From Tsukamurella phage TIN3: a stretch of 24,000 bases of DNA. Position 1 is the first letter of the stretch. Every line of letters starts with the position of its first letter. The notes below the pieces were generated by a model that saw nothing but the letters and a program-made list of their open reading frames with translations, did no database searches and had not been told where the DNA came from. The translations under genes and the position numbers were made by a program. Of this stretch, positions 16,074 through 23,042 are shown in pieces. The DNA is taken from sequence record NC_028966.1, one strand, 5' to 3'.

Positions 16074-16587
16074 CTAAGTATATGGGGGTAGATGTGTAGG
16101 TACTGAAACTAAAGACTTCTTTTAGATAGGGTAATAAGGGTGGGTAAGTATATGGGTATATAGATAGGCTAAGTATATAGGTACTTATATAGGGTAGCTA
16201 AGTATATACTTAGGTATGAGTACTAATGATATATAGATAGTACTGTATACTAAGTATATATGTAGTTATACATACTAAGTATATGTATGTACTTATGTAT
16301 ACTATGTATATATACTTAGTTATAAGTACTAACGATATGTGTATGTATATCTTTAGTATGAGTATCTAAGTATATTGTTATAGTAAGTAATGATGATGAG
16401 TAATGATATATCTTTATATTAAGTAATGATATGTGTTAATGATATATACTTAGTTATGAGAGCTAATGGTATGCGGAAATAAATACTTAGTTACTCTCAA
16501 CAATGATGTGTTCCGACCAGTCGATAGGCAGGCTAATGACCGGGTCTAAGAAAAGTCTTTAGTGGCACTAGCTAAAGATATACTTAG
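16074..16587. repeat. Iteron-like array: ten exact copies of CTAAGTATAT / ATATACTTAG in an AT-rich intergenic block
   Basis: Forward copies start at 16074, 16169, 16198, 16250, 16275, 16366; reverse copies at 16204, 16310, 16444, 16578. Confidence 0.85.
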
Positions 16588-16595
16588 AGAGCTAA

Positions 16596-16613
16596 AGCAC
16601 CCTTTCGGGCGCT
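16596..16613 (-). terminator. Small hairpin AGCGCCC-GAAA-GGGTGCT followed by TTTAG
   Basis: 7-bp stem (one G-T) with GNRA loop just downstream of the 16622 stop. Confidence 0.5.
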
Positions 16614-16621
16614 TAGGCTAA

Positions 16622-16759
16622 CTACTTGGCGTGACGGGGAACGTATGCTTTCGGGTAGTAACGAGTGCGGATACCTTCGCCGTACTGAATGTACTCTTCG
16701 CCGTCGATAACGACGACGGTCTGGGCGGGGCTGGTGGCGGGGGCTTCGTTCTTCATCAT
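16622..16759 (-). CDS. 45-aa small protein MMKNEAPATSPAQTVVVIDGEEYIQYGEGIRTRYYPKAYVPRHAK, probably leaderless, not in ORF track
   Basis: Open frame whose ATG lies 6 nt after a TAGACT -10-like box, followed by a hairpin. Confidence 0.55.
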   Translation of the reverse strand: MMKNEAPATSPAQTVVVIDGEEYIQYGEGIRTRYYPKAYVPRHAK

Positions 16760-16765
16760 GGTTCT

Positions 16766-16771
16766 AGTCTA
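16766..16771 (-). promoter_or_regulatory. -10-like TAGACT positioned for a leaderless transcript
   Basis: Same TAGACTAG context as the 15.2-15.6 kb promoters; no clear -35. Confidence 0.4.
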
Positions 16772-16791
16772 GCGCAAGTCGTGCGCAAAGT

Positions 16792-17214
16792 CTAGCCGAA
16801 TCTCAAGAAAGTTCTGATTTGATCTGGTGAACTTATGGTTCGAGATGTAAAGTGAGTTTCGTTCGTGTAGTTTGGGCAAGAAACGATCGAGATTCTTGAA
16901 TCGGAGATTTGACTTGACTTTTCGTTGCCTTCGTAGTAGCGCTCTTGAAAATCGCTTTCACTAGGCCCTTCGAGTACTTTCGCTAAGCATCGGTGTGCAA
17001 TATCAAAGATTGCGTGTGTCTTGACTTTGGGATGTAACTTTGGTAAGGGGCCCGGCGTGCGCGGAGCTCTCTGCTCGATTCCCGGCGCACACAAAAATCC
17101 ACTTTTTAGATCAGAACTAGTACCACAAGCTATACGTACATCATGAGCTATGTAGTAGTGCCATCCACTGTGGACATGGTACCACCCAGGAACAATGGTA
17201 GTCTTTGGATTCAT
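16792..17214 (-). CDS. Uncertain hypothetical protein in the intergenic-like region
   Basis: 140-aa ORF. The N-terminus (VPGWYHVHSGWHYYIAHDVRIACG) looks protein-like; the remainder has atypical composition and no clear SD. Confidence 0.4.
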   Translation of the reverse strand: MNPKTTIVPGWYHVHSGWHYYIAHDVRIACGTSSDLKSGFLCAPGIEQRAPRTPGPLPKLHPKVKTHAIFDIAHRCLAKVLEGPSESDFQERYYEGNEKSSQISDSRISIVSCPNYTNETHFTSRTISSPDQIRTFLRFG

Positions 17215-17223
17215 AAGTAATCT

Positions 17224-17238
17224 TCGAACAGTGTTCGA
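17224..17238. promoter_or_regulatory. 15-bp palindrome TCGAACA-G-TGTTCGA, operator-like
   Basis: Perfect 7-bp arms around one central base, 10 bp upstream of the 16792-17214 ORF. Confidence 0.5.
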
Positions 17239-17246
17239 TTTATGAT

Positions 17247-17557
17247 GTTTTACAGTTATTTATGGTTTATATACCCTCTGACCTGCGGTTATACCAATAC
17301 TATAAACTATAAATACTATAAATACATATTCTACTACCCAAGATTCCCAGTGCTTCCCACACCCCCTACTAGTACCGTGCGCGCATCATCCTCGAGCCCC
17401 GCATCGAGACCCGCGCCCATACCCCCAAGACCCACCCCTTATGTAAGTACATCTCGCCCTACGCGCCGAACGTGTTTATGGTTTTACGATACCCCCCAAA
17501 ACACCCGTTGACCTGCGAAGATGCACCGTAAATCTGCCGTTTTACAGTTATTTATGG
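17247..17557. repeat. Perfect 19-bp direct repeat GTTTTACAGTTATTTATGG (17247-17265 and 17539-17557)
   Basis: Exact match read from the sequence, 292 bp apart. Confidence 0.85.
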
Positions 17558-17653
17558 ATTTTATGGTTAGCGCGTTTCCCCAGGAAGCCTCCCCGTCACC
17601 CCCTCCTGGGCGGCATTGTTGTACCATTTCGCCGGGGGTAAACGAGCGGGAAA

Positions 17654-17688
17654 CCAGAAACTATAAATTATTTGTTTATGGTTTCTGG
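17654..17688. repeat. 14-bp near-perfect inverted repeat CCAGAAACTATAAA-7nt-TTTATGGTTTCTGG
   Basis: One T-G pair, the rest complementary. Confidence 0.7.
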
Positions 17689-17696
17689 CACGCGAA

Positions 17697-17737
17697 AGGC
17701 CCGGGTGAAATTCTGTGGGAGAAAATCGCCCGGGCCT
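17697..17737 (-). terminator. Hairpin AGGCCCGGG...CCCGGGCCT followed by TT on the minus strand, end of the replication operon
   Basis: 9-bp exact inverted repeat 17697-17705 / 17729-17737 just past the 17759 stop. Confidence 0.6.
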
Positions 17738-17758
17738 CTCGTGAATCGAACAGTAGAC

Positions 17759-18220
17759 TTACATGTTCGATTGTAGGTCGTCCAATTTGACCAGCTGTTT
17801 ACCTCGTCCCAGTACCTTCGGGTACGTCAAACCGGCGCCGGTGAAGATGTCTTCGACCTTGTGGAAGGTCTTGCTGTCCTCACTGATCAGGTGGGCGAAC
17901 AGTGCGCCGAGGGATGAGGCGGCGCCTGCGGTCTCAGCAATCGCAACAGCGTTAGCCATCTTCTCCTGCGTGTTGCCGACGATCTTGATCCGCACGCTGA
18001 GGTTCTCGTAGACCCCCGCATAGTAGCTCGCGCCCTGCTCGATCAGACTCATCACCGCCTTCACAACCTCCGCGAGCTCCTCTTCCCGCGCGCTTGCCAG
18101 GGACGCCGAGATCAGTCCGTGCGCCTTGTTGAGGAGCTCGTAGGACTCGGAATCGCCCTGCGGGATGGACTCCTGGCAGGACGCGATGAGCCAGTCGAGC
18201 GCTTCTTCTGCGTTCTTCAT
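17759..18220 (-). CDS. Hypothetical helical protein
   Basis: 153-aa ORF with 4-nt overlap to the upstream gene. Confidence 0.75.
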   Translation of the reverse strand: MKNAEEALDWLIASCQESIPQGDSESYELLNKAHGLISASLASAREEELAEVVKAVMSLIEQGASYYAGVYENLSVRIKIVGNTQEKMANAVAIAETAGAASSLGALFAHLISEDSKTFHKVEDIFTGAGLTYPKVLGRGKQLVKLDDLQSNM

Positions 18221-18546
18221 TCGTTATGCTCTTCCCCGAAGTAGTAGAAGTTCATCGGACTCGTTAGCGCGACGTGTGCTTCGACGATCTTCCAGTAGGC
18301 TGCTTCCGCCTCTGCGATCACCGACTTCGGGGCCTTGAGGTCCTTGAGGTGCCCGATGATCGTGTCTAGCTCCGCGTTCACTCCATCGAGAGCGGCGCGA
18401 AGGCTCATAACATACTCAAAACCCTTGGCCTGGACCTCGGCGCCGATCTCGGGGTTGACTGAATGGGGAGCGCCTCCACTTCCGCTTTCTGCGCGACGAA
18501 GTCTCTCGGTGAGGCGCTTGATCGCGTCGTCGGTTACGTGGCTCAT
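18217..18546 (-). CDS. Hypothetical helical protein
   Basis: 109-aa ORF with 4-nt overlaps. Confidence 0.75.
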   Translation of the reverse strand: MSHVTDDAIKRLTERLRRAESGSGGAPHSVNPEIGAEVQAKGFEYVMSLRAALDGVNAELDTIIGHLKDLKAPKSVIAEAEAAYWKIVEAHVALTSPMNFYYFGEEHNE

Positions 18547-18866
18547 AGCGCGTTGTCTCCGTTCTCCAGGTAGTCCGTCAGTTGCTCGAGGTAGCGCTTC
18601 GCCGAGCGCACCTCCTGCTGCGCATCCTCGGTCAACTCAGACGCGATATGACGAGCGTTCTTGGCGCGCATTGACAGCAGCAGTGTGTCGAGCTCTCGGT
18701 CCAGCTCGTCCAGGATCGCGTGCAGCCCGCCGACGAAGACCGCGTTGTCCTGGCGAGCGACAGCCTCCATCCGCGTCGGGGCGTCGAGGTCTATCCGAGG
18801 GGTCTTGGCCCTCGTGATCGCCGCCGTGATCCGCGCGATCATCAGGTTCGTCGTCTGGTTCATCAC
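18543..18866 (-). CDS. Hypothetical helical protein
   Basis: 107-aa ORF with 4-nt overlaps. Confidence 0.75.
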   Translation of the reverse strand: MMNQTTNLMIARITAAITRAKTPRIDLDAPTRMEAVARQDNAVFVGGLHAILDELDRELDTLLLSMRAKNARHIASELTEDAQQEVRSAKRYLEQLTDYLENGDNAL

Positions 18867-19111
18867 TGCTCGAGCGCCTTTCCGAGGCGCGCGTTCAGCT
18901 CGGCGAGCTTACGCGCGGCGGCGTCCAGGTGAACCTTCACCTCGAGGGCGAGCGGCGCAGCCGGATCGGTGCCGCCGTCCTTGACCTGCGGGAGGTTGCC
19001 GCCCTCGAGCTCCTCGGTCTCAACCGAGGTGTGGATGTCGTCGCAGTATCCGGAAAAGCGCCGAATCTGATCGAGCATACTGCCGGTCGCGTTCTTGCTG
19101 TTAACACTCAT
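18863..19111 (-). CDS. Hypothetical protein
   Basis: 82-aa ORF with 4-nt overlaps. Confidence 0.75.
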   Translation of the reverse strand: MSVNSKNATGSMLDQIRRFSGYCDDIHTSVETEELEGGNLPQVKDGGTDPAAPLALEVKVHLDAAARKLAELNARLGKALEQ

Positions 19112-19386
19112 GCTGCATGTCCTGCTTTCTTCTTATCCTTCAGGGATTTCTTGTGTTCGTTCAGGCGCATCTCGAGGTATGCATCTTGAATCTCGCTTGC
19201 AGAAACTGCACCGGGGCGGCGCAGTCGATCCCTGTGCTGCTTCTTGCACAGGGGTCCGCGACAGCCGTTGTGGTAGCCAATCGGCCTGCCGTGGTGGTGT
19301 GCTGGAAAGTTGTTGTCGGCCAGCTCTGCGTCGACCTCTTTGCCGAGCTCCGAAAGCATGCTGGCCATGAGGTCGTCGATACTCAT
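19108..19386 (-). CDS. Small protein with HGRPIGYHNGCRGPLCKKQHRDRLR motif, DNA-binding-like
   Basis: 92-aa ORF. The H..G...GC....C...R..R motif resembles one seen in many small actinophage proteins. Confidence 0.7.
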   Translation of the reverse strand: MSIDDLMASMLSELGKEVDAELADNNFPAHHHGRPIGYHNGCRGPLCKKQHRDRLRRPGAVSASEIQDAYLEMRLNEHKKSLKDKKKAGHAA

Positions 19387-21635
19387 TGTCCTGTCCTTTC
19401 ATTCTCGTGTGCAATCGCTTCTTGAAGATGCTTCGAGCTCTGTGGCAGCAAAAACCGCTGCGAACTGGGACCTCGCGAGGCGGTCTTGGGATCGACAGCG
19501 ACGTCTCCTCGGTCTATAAGGCGCTCGACGCGCTTAACGAGCGCGTCCTTGTCCCAGCCCTTGCGTGCGCCCTGCGACCTGAGCCAGATTTGGCCCATCG
19601 TGGCGTACCCCTTACCCTGGTAGGCAGACGCCTTCGCGATAGCTCGAAGAATGCCCTCCTCCATCTCGTTACCCTCGGTGTTGACCGTCTTGGCGTTGGT
19701 CATCGTGGCAGTGCGATCGAGGTACTCCATGATCCACTCGGCTGCCCGCAGGTCCGCCGGGATGATCTGATCGCGATCAGCGTTCAACGCGAACAGCAGG
19801 CAGTACTTGCGGAACTTGAGATCGAACCGGGACTTCACATCCGATGTAGCTTTGAGCTTCTGCATCTTGACGTTAATCCGGTTGAACTCTTTTTCACATT
19901 CAGGTGCGAAATGAATGTAAACAAGGTCTCGCTTTTCTTGATCTCCGCCGTTGAGGTACTTGGTAGCTAGGTCTCCATACAGGGCTGCCGCATGATTAAG
20001 ATTAACCCTCGGCTTGTTAAACTCATCTTCTTCGATGATGGGATTGCCGGTGACAATATCGAACCTGGCAACAAAGCCATTGTTGATGTTGCCGCCGCCT
20101 AGAATCTTGCTCATGACCGAAGGCTGAGTGCCCATCGCGATGATCGGGTTCGGATTAACTGCCGAAAGTTCTCCACTAGACATGGAACCGGTGGACACCG
20201 TGTGAGTAACCTTGCCAGAGTTCTCGAGACGTTGAATCGTGGTCAGCAGCGAAGAGCCCTTGATTGCCGCCTTGCTCATGATTGACGCCATCTCGTCGAA
20301 CTCAGCGAGGGCGACAACATCGCGAATCTTCTGTGGACCTGATTCTGATTCGTGCTGCGAGAGCTGCTTGATCAGATACTCTCCTGAGCCGACCTCCTTG
20401 ATAAGCTTAACGCCAGAGTGGAGTTGGTAGCTTCCGGTGCTTGCCGACAAGACTCGCCACTTAAAAGCGTCATGCTCTGCGATTTCGCTGATGTAGTTGA
20501 ACGACTGAGACTTGCCAACACCAGACCCAGCCACATACAAACACGAGATGGATGGCTTGAATGTGTTGGTGCTGTTCAACGCGCCCCGAACGTACGGCCC
20601 CGCCGCCGCAGCGACAAGCTGAAGAGCGCGAAAGAGCATAAACTCCTTCGGATACGAAACATCCTTCGTCGCCCACATGAACTCGTAAACAGGTGTCCCC
20701 TTCGGGAGGTGGTCGAAGACGCCGCCAATCTCGGGCAGAACCTCGTTGTCGTCGTGATCTTCATCTTCCGTCTCGACAGGCCTGATCGCCGTCACACTCG
20801 CCAAGCTGGACGGCTTAGCTTCCAGCCTGGTCGGCTCGGGCTTCTTGATCGGCGTCGGCTCAACCTTGGTCTGAGCCGCAGGAGTGCCGGGCTGGGTCAC
20901 CCCGAAGTCTTTGGTGCTGAACTTGGTGGGTCCGATGCTCGGAAGATCTTCGTCACCTTCGGCGTAATCCATCCCGGCAGGCTTAGTGACTTGAGCTACC
21001 CTATGACTCTCCTCGTCGTCGTCATCTGTATCCGGAAGCTTGCCGAACTCGGCCTCGAACGCCTCGATCTCCTGCTTCTTCTTTGCGGGAGACTTGCCGA
21101 CGTATCCGAGCTTGTCGCGCTCGAACGTCCAGCCACAGAACTTCTCAAGGGTGAGCTGCTTAGCCTTGGCGAAGTCCTTGCCCTTGGAGGCCTTACCGAA
21201 GGTCATACCGTTCGCGGCAGCGACCATGTCGATGATGCCTCCGCCGTTATCGCACACGGCACAGGTCCAGGTGTTCTTGTTGACATTCATCCAAGCGGCT
21301 TCGGACGAGGTGTTGTTGTGGCCCGACGCGGGACAGAAGATCAACAGCTCGTTTTTGCCGCCGTTGTTGAGCTTCGGTCGAGCGTCGCCGGTCAGCTTGC
21401 GATAGATCTGAGTGATCTGCAGCTTCTTAAGTGCTGAGTCCTCTTCGCTTTGCTGCTCGGCGCGCCGACCCGCGTAGGAGTGCTCCTCGAACAGAACCGG
21501 AGCCGCGTCCGCGAACTCGACAGGCACCTCGACCGATTCAGCCGAGTGAAGCTCAGCCTTCTCTGTCTCGACCGTCTCTGACTTCTTGATGTCCTCCTGA
21601 ATCTTGGAGAACATCTCGTTCCACTTGCTGCTCAT
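19383..21635 (-). CDS. Primase-helicase-like protein: N-terminal CHC2-like zinc finger, central P-loop ATPase, C-terminal winged-helix-like
   Basis: FCPASGHNN...WTCAVCDNGGGIIDMV; Walker A LYVAGSGVGKSQSF; Walker B-like VVALAEFDEMASIM. Confidence 0.8.
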   Translation of the reverse strand: MSSKWNEMFSKIQEDIKKSETVETEKAELHSAESVEVPVEFADAAPVLFEEHSYAGRRAEQQSEEDSALKKLQITQIYRKLTGDARPKLNNGGKNELLIFCPASGHNNTSSEAAWMNVNKNTWTCAVCDNGGGIIDMVAAANGMTFGKASKGKDFAKAKQLTLEKFCGWTFERDKLGYVGKSPAKKKQEIEAFEAEFGKLPDTDDDDEESHRVAQVTKPAGMDYAEGDEDLPSIGPTKFSTKDFGVTQPGTPAAQTKVEPTPIKKPEPTRLEAKPSSLASVTAIRPVETEDEDHDDNEVLPEIGGVFDHLPKGTPVYEFMWATKDVSYPKEFMLFRALQLVAAAAGPYVRGALNSTNTFKPSISCLYVAGSGVGKSQSFNYISEIAEHDAFKWRVLSASTGSYQLHSGVKLIKEVGSGEYLIKQLSQHESESGPQKIRDVVALAEFDEMASIMSKAAIKGSSLLTTIQRLENSGKVTHTVSTGSMSSGELSAVNPNPIIAMGTQPSVMSKILGGGNINNGFVARFDIVTGNPIIEEDEFNKPRVNLNHAAALYGDLATKYLNGGDQEKRDLVYIHFAPECEKEFNRINVKMQKLKATSDVKSRFDLKFRKYCLLFALNADRDQIIPADLRAAEWIMEYLDRTATMTNAKTVNTEGNEMEEGILRAIAKASAYQGKGYATMGQIWLRSQGARKGWDKDALVKRVERLIDRGDVAVDPKTASRGPSSQRFLLPQSSKHLQEAIAHENERTGQ

Positions 21636-21889
21636 ACATACACCACCCGGTTGATCTTGATGCGGCCTTCGGGTACACCGAGCACCCGCGCCGCCTCCTG
21701 GGTGGCCTTGAATGCCACGTTATTACGAGAGACGCAAGTGGTGTCACTCAGGTGACCAGCAGCGTCTCGAATGCAGATGTCCCAGCCACCCCGAGGTGAC
21801 GAGTTCGCTTCGACCTGAACCTCGACGCGCCGCCTACTGGTTTTCTTCTGCCGCAATTGCCTCTGCCTCCTCGCGCGTACGAACAACAC
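21632..21889 (-). CDS. Small basic protein, start ambiguous (21889 or 21856)
   Basis: Alternative starts: GTG at 21889 behind AAGGAG, or TTG at 21856 behind GAGGAGG. Confidence 0.6.
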   Translation of the reverse strand: MLFVRARRQRQLRQKKTSRRRVEVQVEANSSPRGGWDICIRDAAGHLSDTTCVSRNNVAFKATQEAARVLGVPEGRIKINRVVYV

Positions 21890-21965
21890 CGAGCTGCTCC
21901 TTGTACTCGACAGCCTCGGCTCGAGTGGGAACTGCGGGACGATCTGTGTTCTCTTCGTCAGTCAT
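21834..21965 (-). CDS. 43-aa acidic protein MTDEENTDRPAVPTRAEAVEYKEQLGVVRTREEAEAIAAEENQ, not in ORF track
   Basis: Open frame linking two operon genes by overlap at both ends. Confidence 0.6.
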   Translation of the reverse strand: MTDEENTDRPAVPTRAEAVEYKEQLGVVRTREEAEAIAAEENQ

Positions 21966-22452
21966 TGTTCACCTTCGTGTTGTATTCGTCGCAGATCAGG
22001 TAGACCAGCGCGTCAGCCAGTTCGTCGAGGGCGTCTTCGAGGTGATTTCGCCCATTGCTCGGCTGAAGAATGGTGCCGTACTTCTCCAGGCCGAAGTTCT
22101 TGCGCGCCAGCATGGTGGAATACGGATCTTTGTCGAGCTTCTCGCACAATTCCATGTAGGAGCGGTGCGTGGCGTCGAGTGGAGATAGCGCGAGCTTGCC
22201 CAGCGTTGGGGAGGGCCGCGGACCGATGAGCCTGGACAGCATGAGGTCGTGAGCGCTCGGCTCTGTGGTCGATTGAGGCGCAGGCTGCACGGAAACGCCG
22301 TGTTTTGCCCTCAAATCGTCCTCATCGGTCACAAAACCGCGAGAAATGAGCCCTCTTGCGACGCTTTCGGCCTCTTCTGGGAGCAAAACGCCCTCGGAAA
22401 GGTCAACAATTGCTTGCCTTAGAGCGTCTTTTGTGGTCAATTTTTCGCTCAT
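21958..22452 (-). CDS. MazG-like nucleotide pyrophosphohydrolase-type protein
   Basis: ARKNFGLEKYGTILQPSNGRNHLEDALDELADALVYLICDEY resembles phage MazG-like helices. Confidence 0.65.
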   Translation of the reverse strand: MSEKLTTKDALRQAIVDLSEGVLLPEEAESVARGLISRGFVTDEDDLRAKHGVSVQPAPQSTTEPSAHDLMLSRLIGPRPSPTLGKLALSPLDATHRSYMELCEKLDKDPYSTMLARKNFGLEKYGTILQPSNGRNHLEDALDELADALVYLICDEYNTKVNND

Positions 22453-23042
22453 TTAGTCGCTTCTCCTTGGATTTCGTTGGCGTTTTTGGCCCATTCTTCG
22501 CAATACTGAGCCGCGTTTCTGAGCACTTCTGGGTCTTCTTTGGCTAGGCCAATCATCAGGTTGCAACGATTGCACAGCAGGTGACGCGCCTTATTGCTTT
22601 GGTGGCAATGATCTCCGACCAGCTTTTCGTGGTAATCTCCGCACGAGAAGCAGCAACCAGACTGTTCTTTGTACGCTTTCTGATATTCTTCTTCGGTCCA
22701 AAAGTTCTTCGTTCGTCGTTTGTAGTTCGAAGCACGCTTCGAGCAGCATGGCTTGCATCTACTCTCGCCTTCGTAGAACTCTTCGGGGTCTTTTTCGAGA
22801 TCGCACGTTGAGCAGATCTTGATGCCCCGTTTGGCTGCCTCTTCTCTGCGCTTCATGCGTTGCCTTGCGGGCGTGTCTGCGGGAACTCGATAGTGAGCTT
22901 TCATGCAGGCTCGACAGGTGCTCGATCTTCCGTCGCGCTTGTCCTTTGCGCGATAAAACAGGCTGGTGTCGAGTGTTTTGCGACACTTGGGGCACCGCTT
23001 GATGACCCCTGTTGGCGCTTCGGTCTGATTAGAACGAGGCAT
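22449..23042 (-). CDS. Recombination endonuclease VII-like HNH nuclease with extra zinc knuckles
   Basis: GCCFSCG...LVGDHCHQSNKARHLLCNRCNLMIGLAKEDPEVLRNAAQYCEEW, plus three upstream CxxC pairs. Confidence 0.88.
   Translation of the reverse strand: MPRSNQTEAPTGVIKRCPKCRKTLDTSLFYRAKDKRDGRSSTCRACMKAHYRVPADTPARQRMKRREEAAKRGIKICSTCDLEKDPEEFYEGESRCKPCCSKRASNYKRRTKNFWTEEEYQKAYKEQSGCCFSCGDYHEKLVGDHCHQSNKARHLLCNRCNLMIGLAKEDPEVLRNAAQYCEEWAKNANEIQGEATK

Noticed and set aside
16074-16587. CRISPR array
   Set aside because: The repeats are 10-mers in both orientations with irregular spacing, with no uniform repeats or spacers and no cas genes.
17030-17110. Possible tRNA 3' half (ctcgattcccggcgcac)
   Set aside because: T-stem arms do not pair and no matching 5' acceptor strand lies within tRNA length. 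No other tRNA-like cloverleaf was recognised by eye, though a scan with tRNAscan-SE or ARAGORN would be decisive.
17224-17238. Canonical LexA/SOS box
   Set aside because: The spacer between TCGAAC and GTTCGA is 3 nt rather than the canonical 4, so it is only called operator-like.
17521-17790. 89-aa plus-strand ORF in the control region
   Set aside because: It crosses the hairpins and repeats, runs into the minus-strand operon end, and has no SD.
20418-21437. 339-aa plus-strand ORF
   Set aside because: Mirror of the primase-helicase coding sequence; composition typical of a shadow frame.
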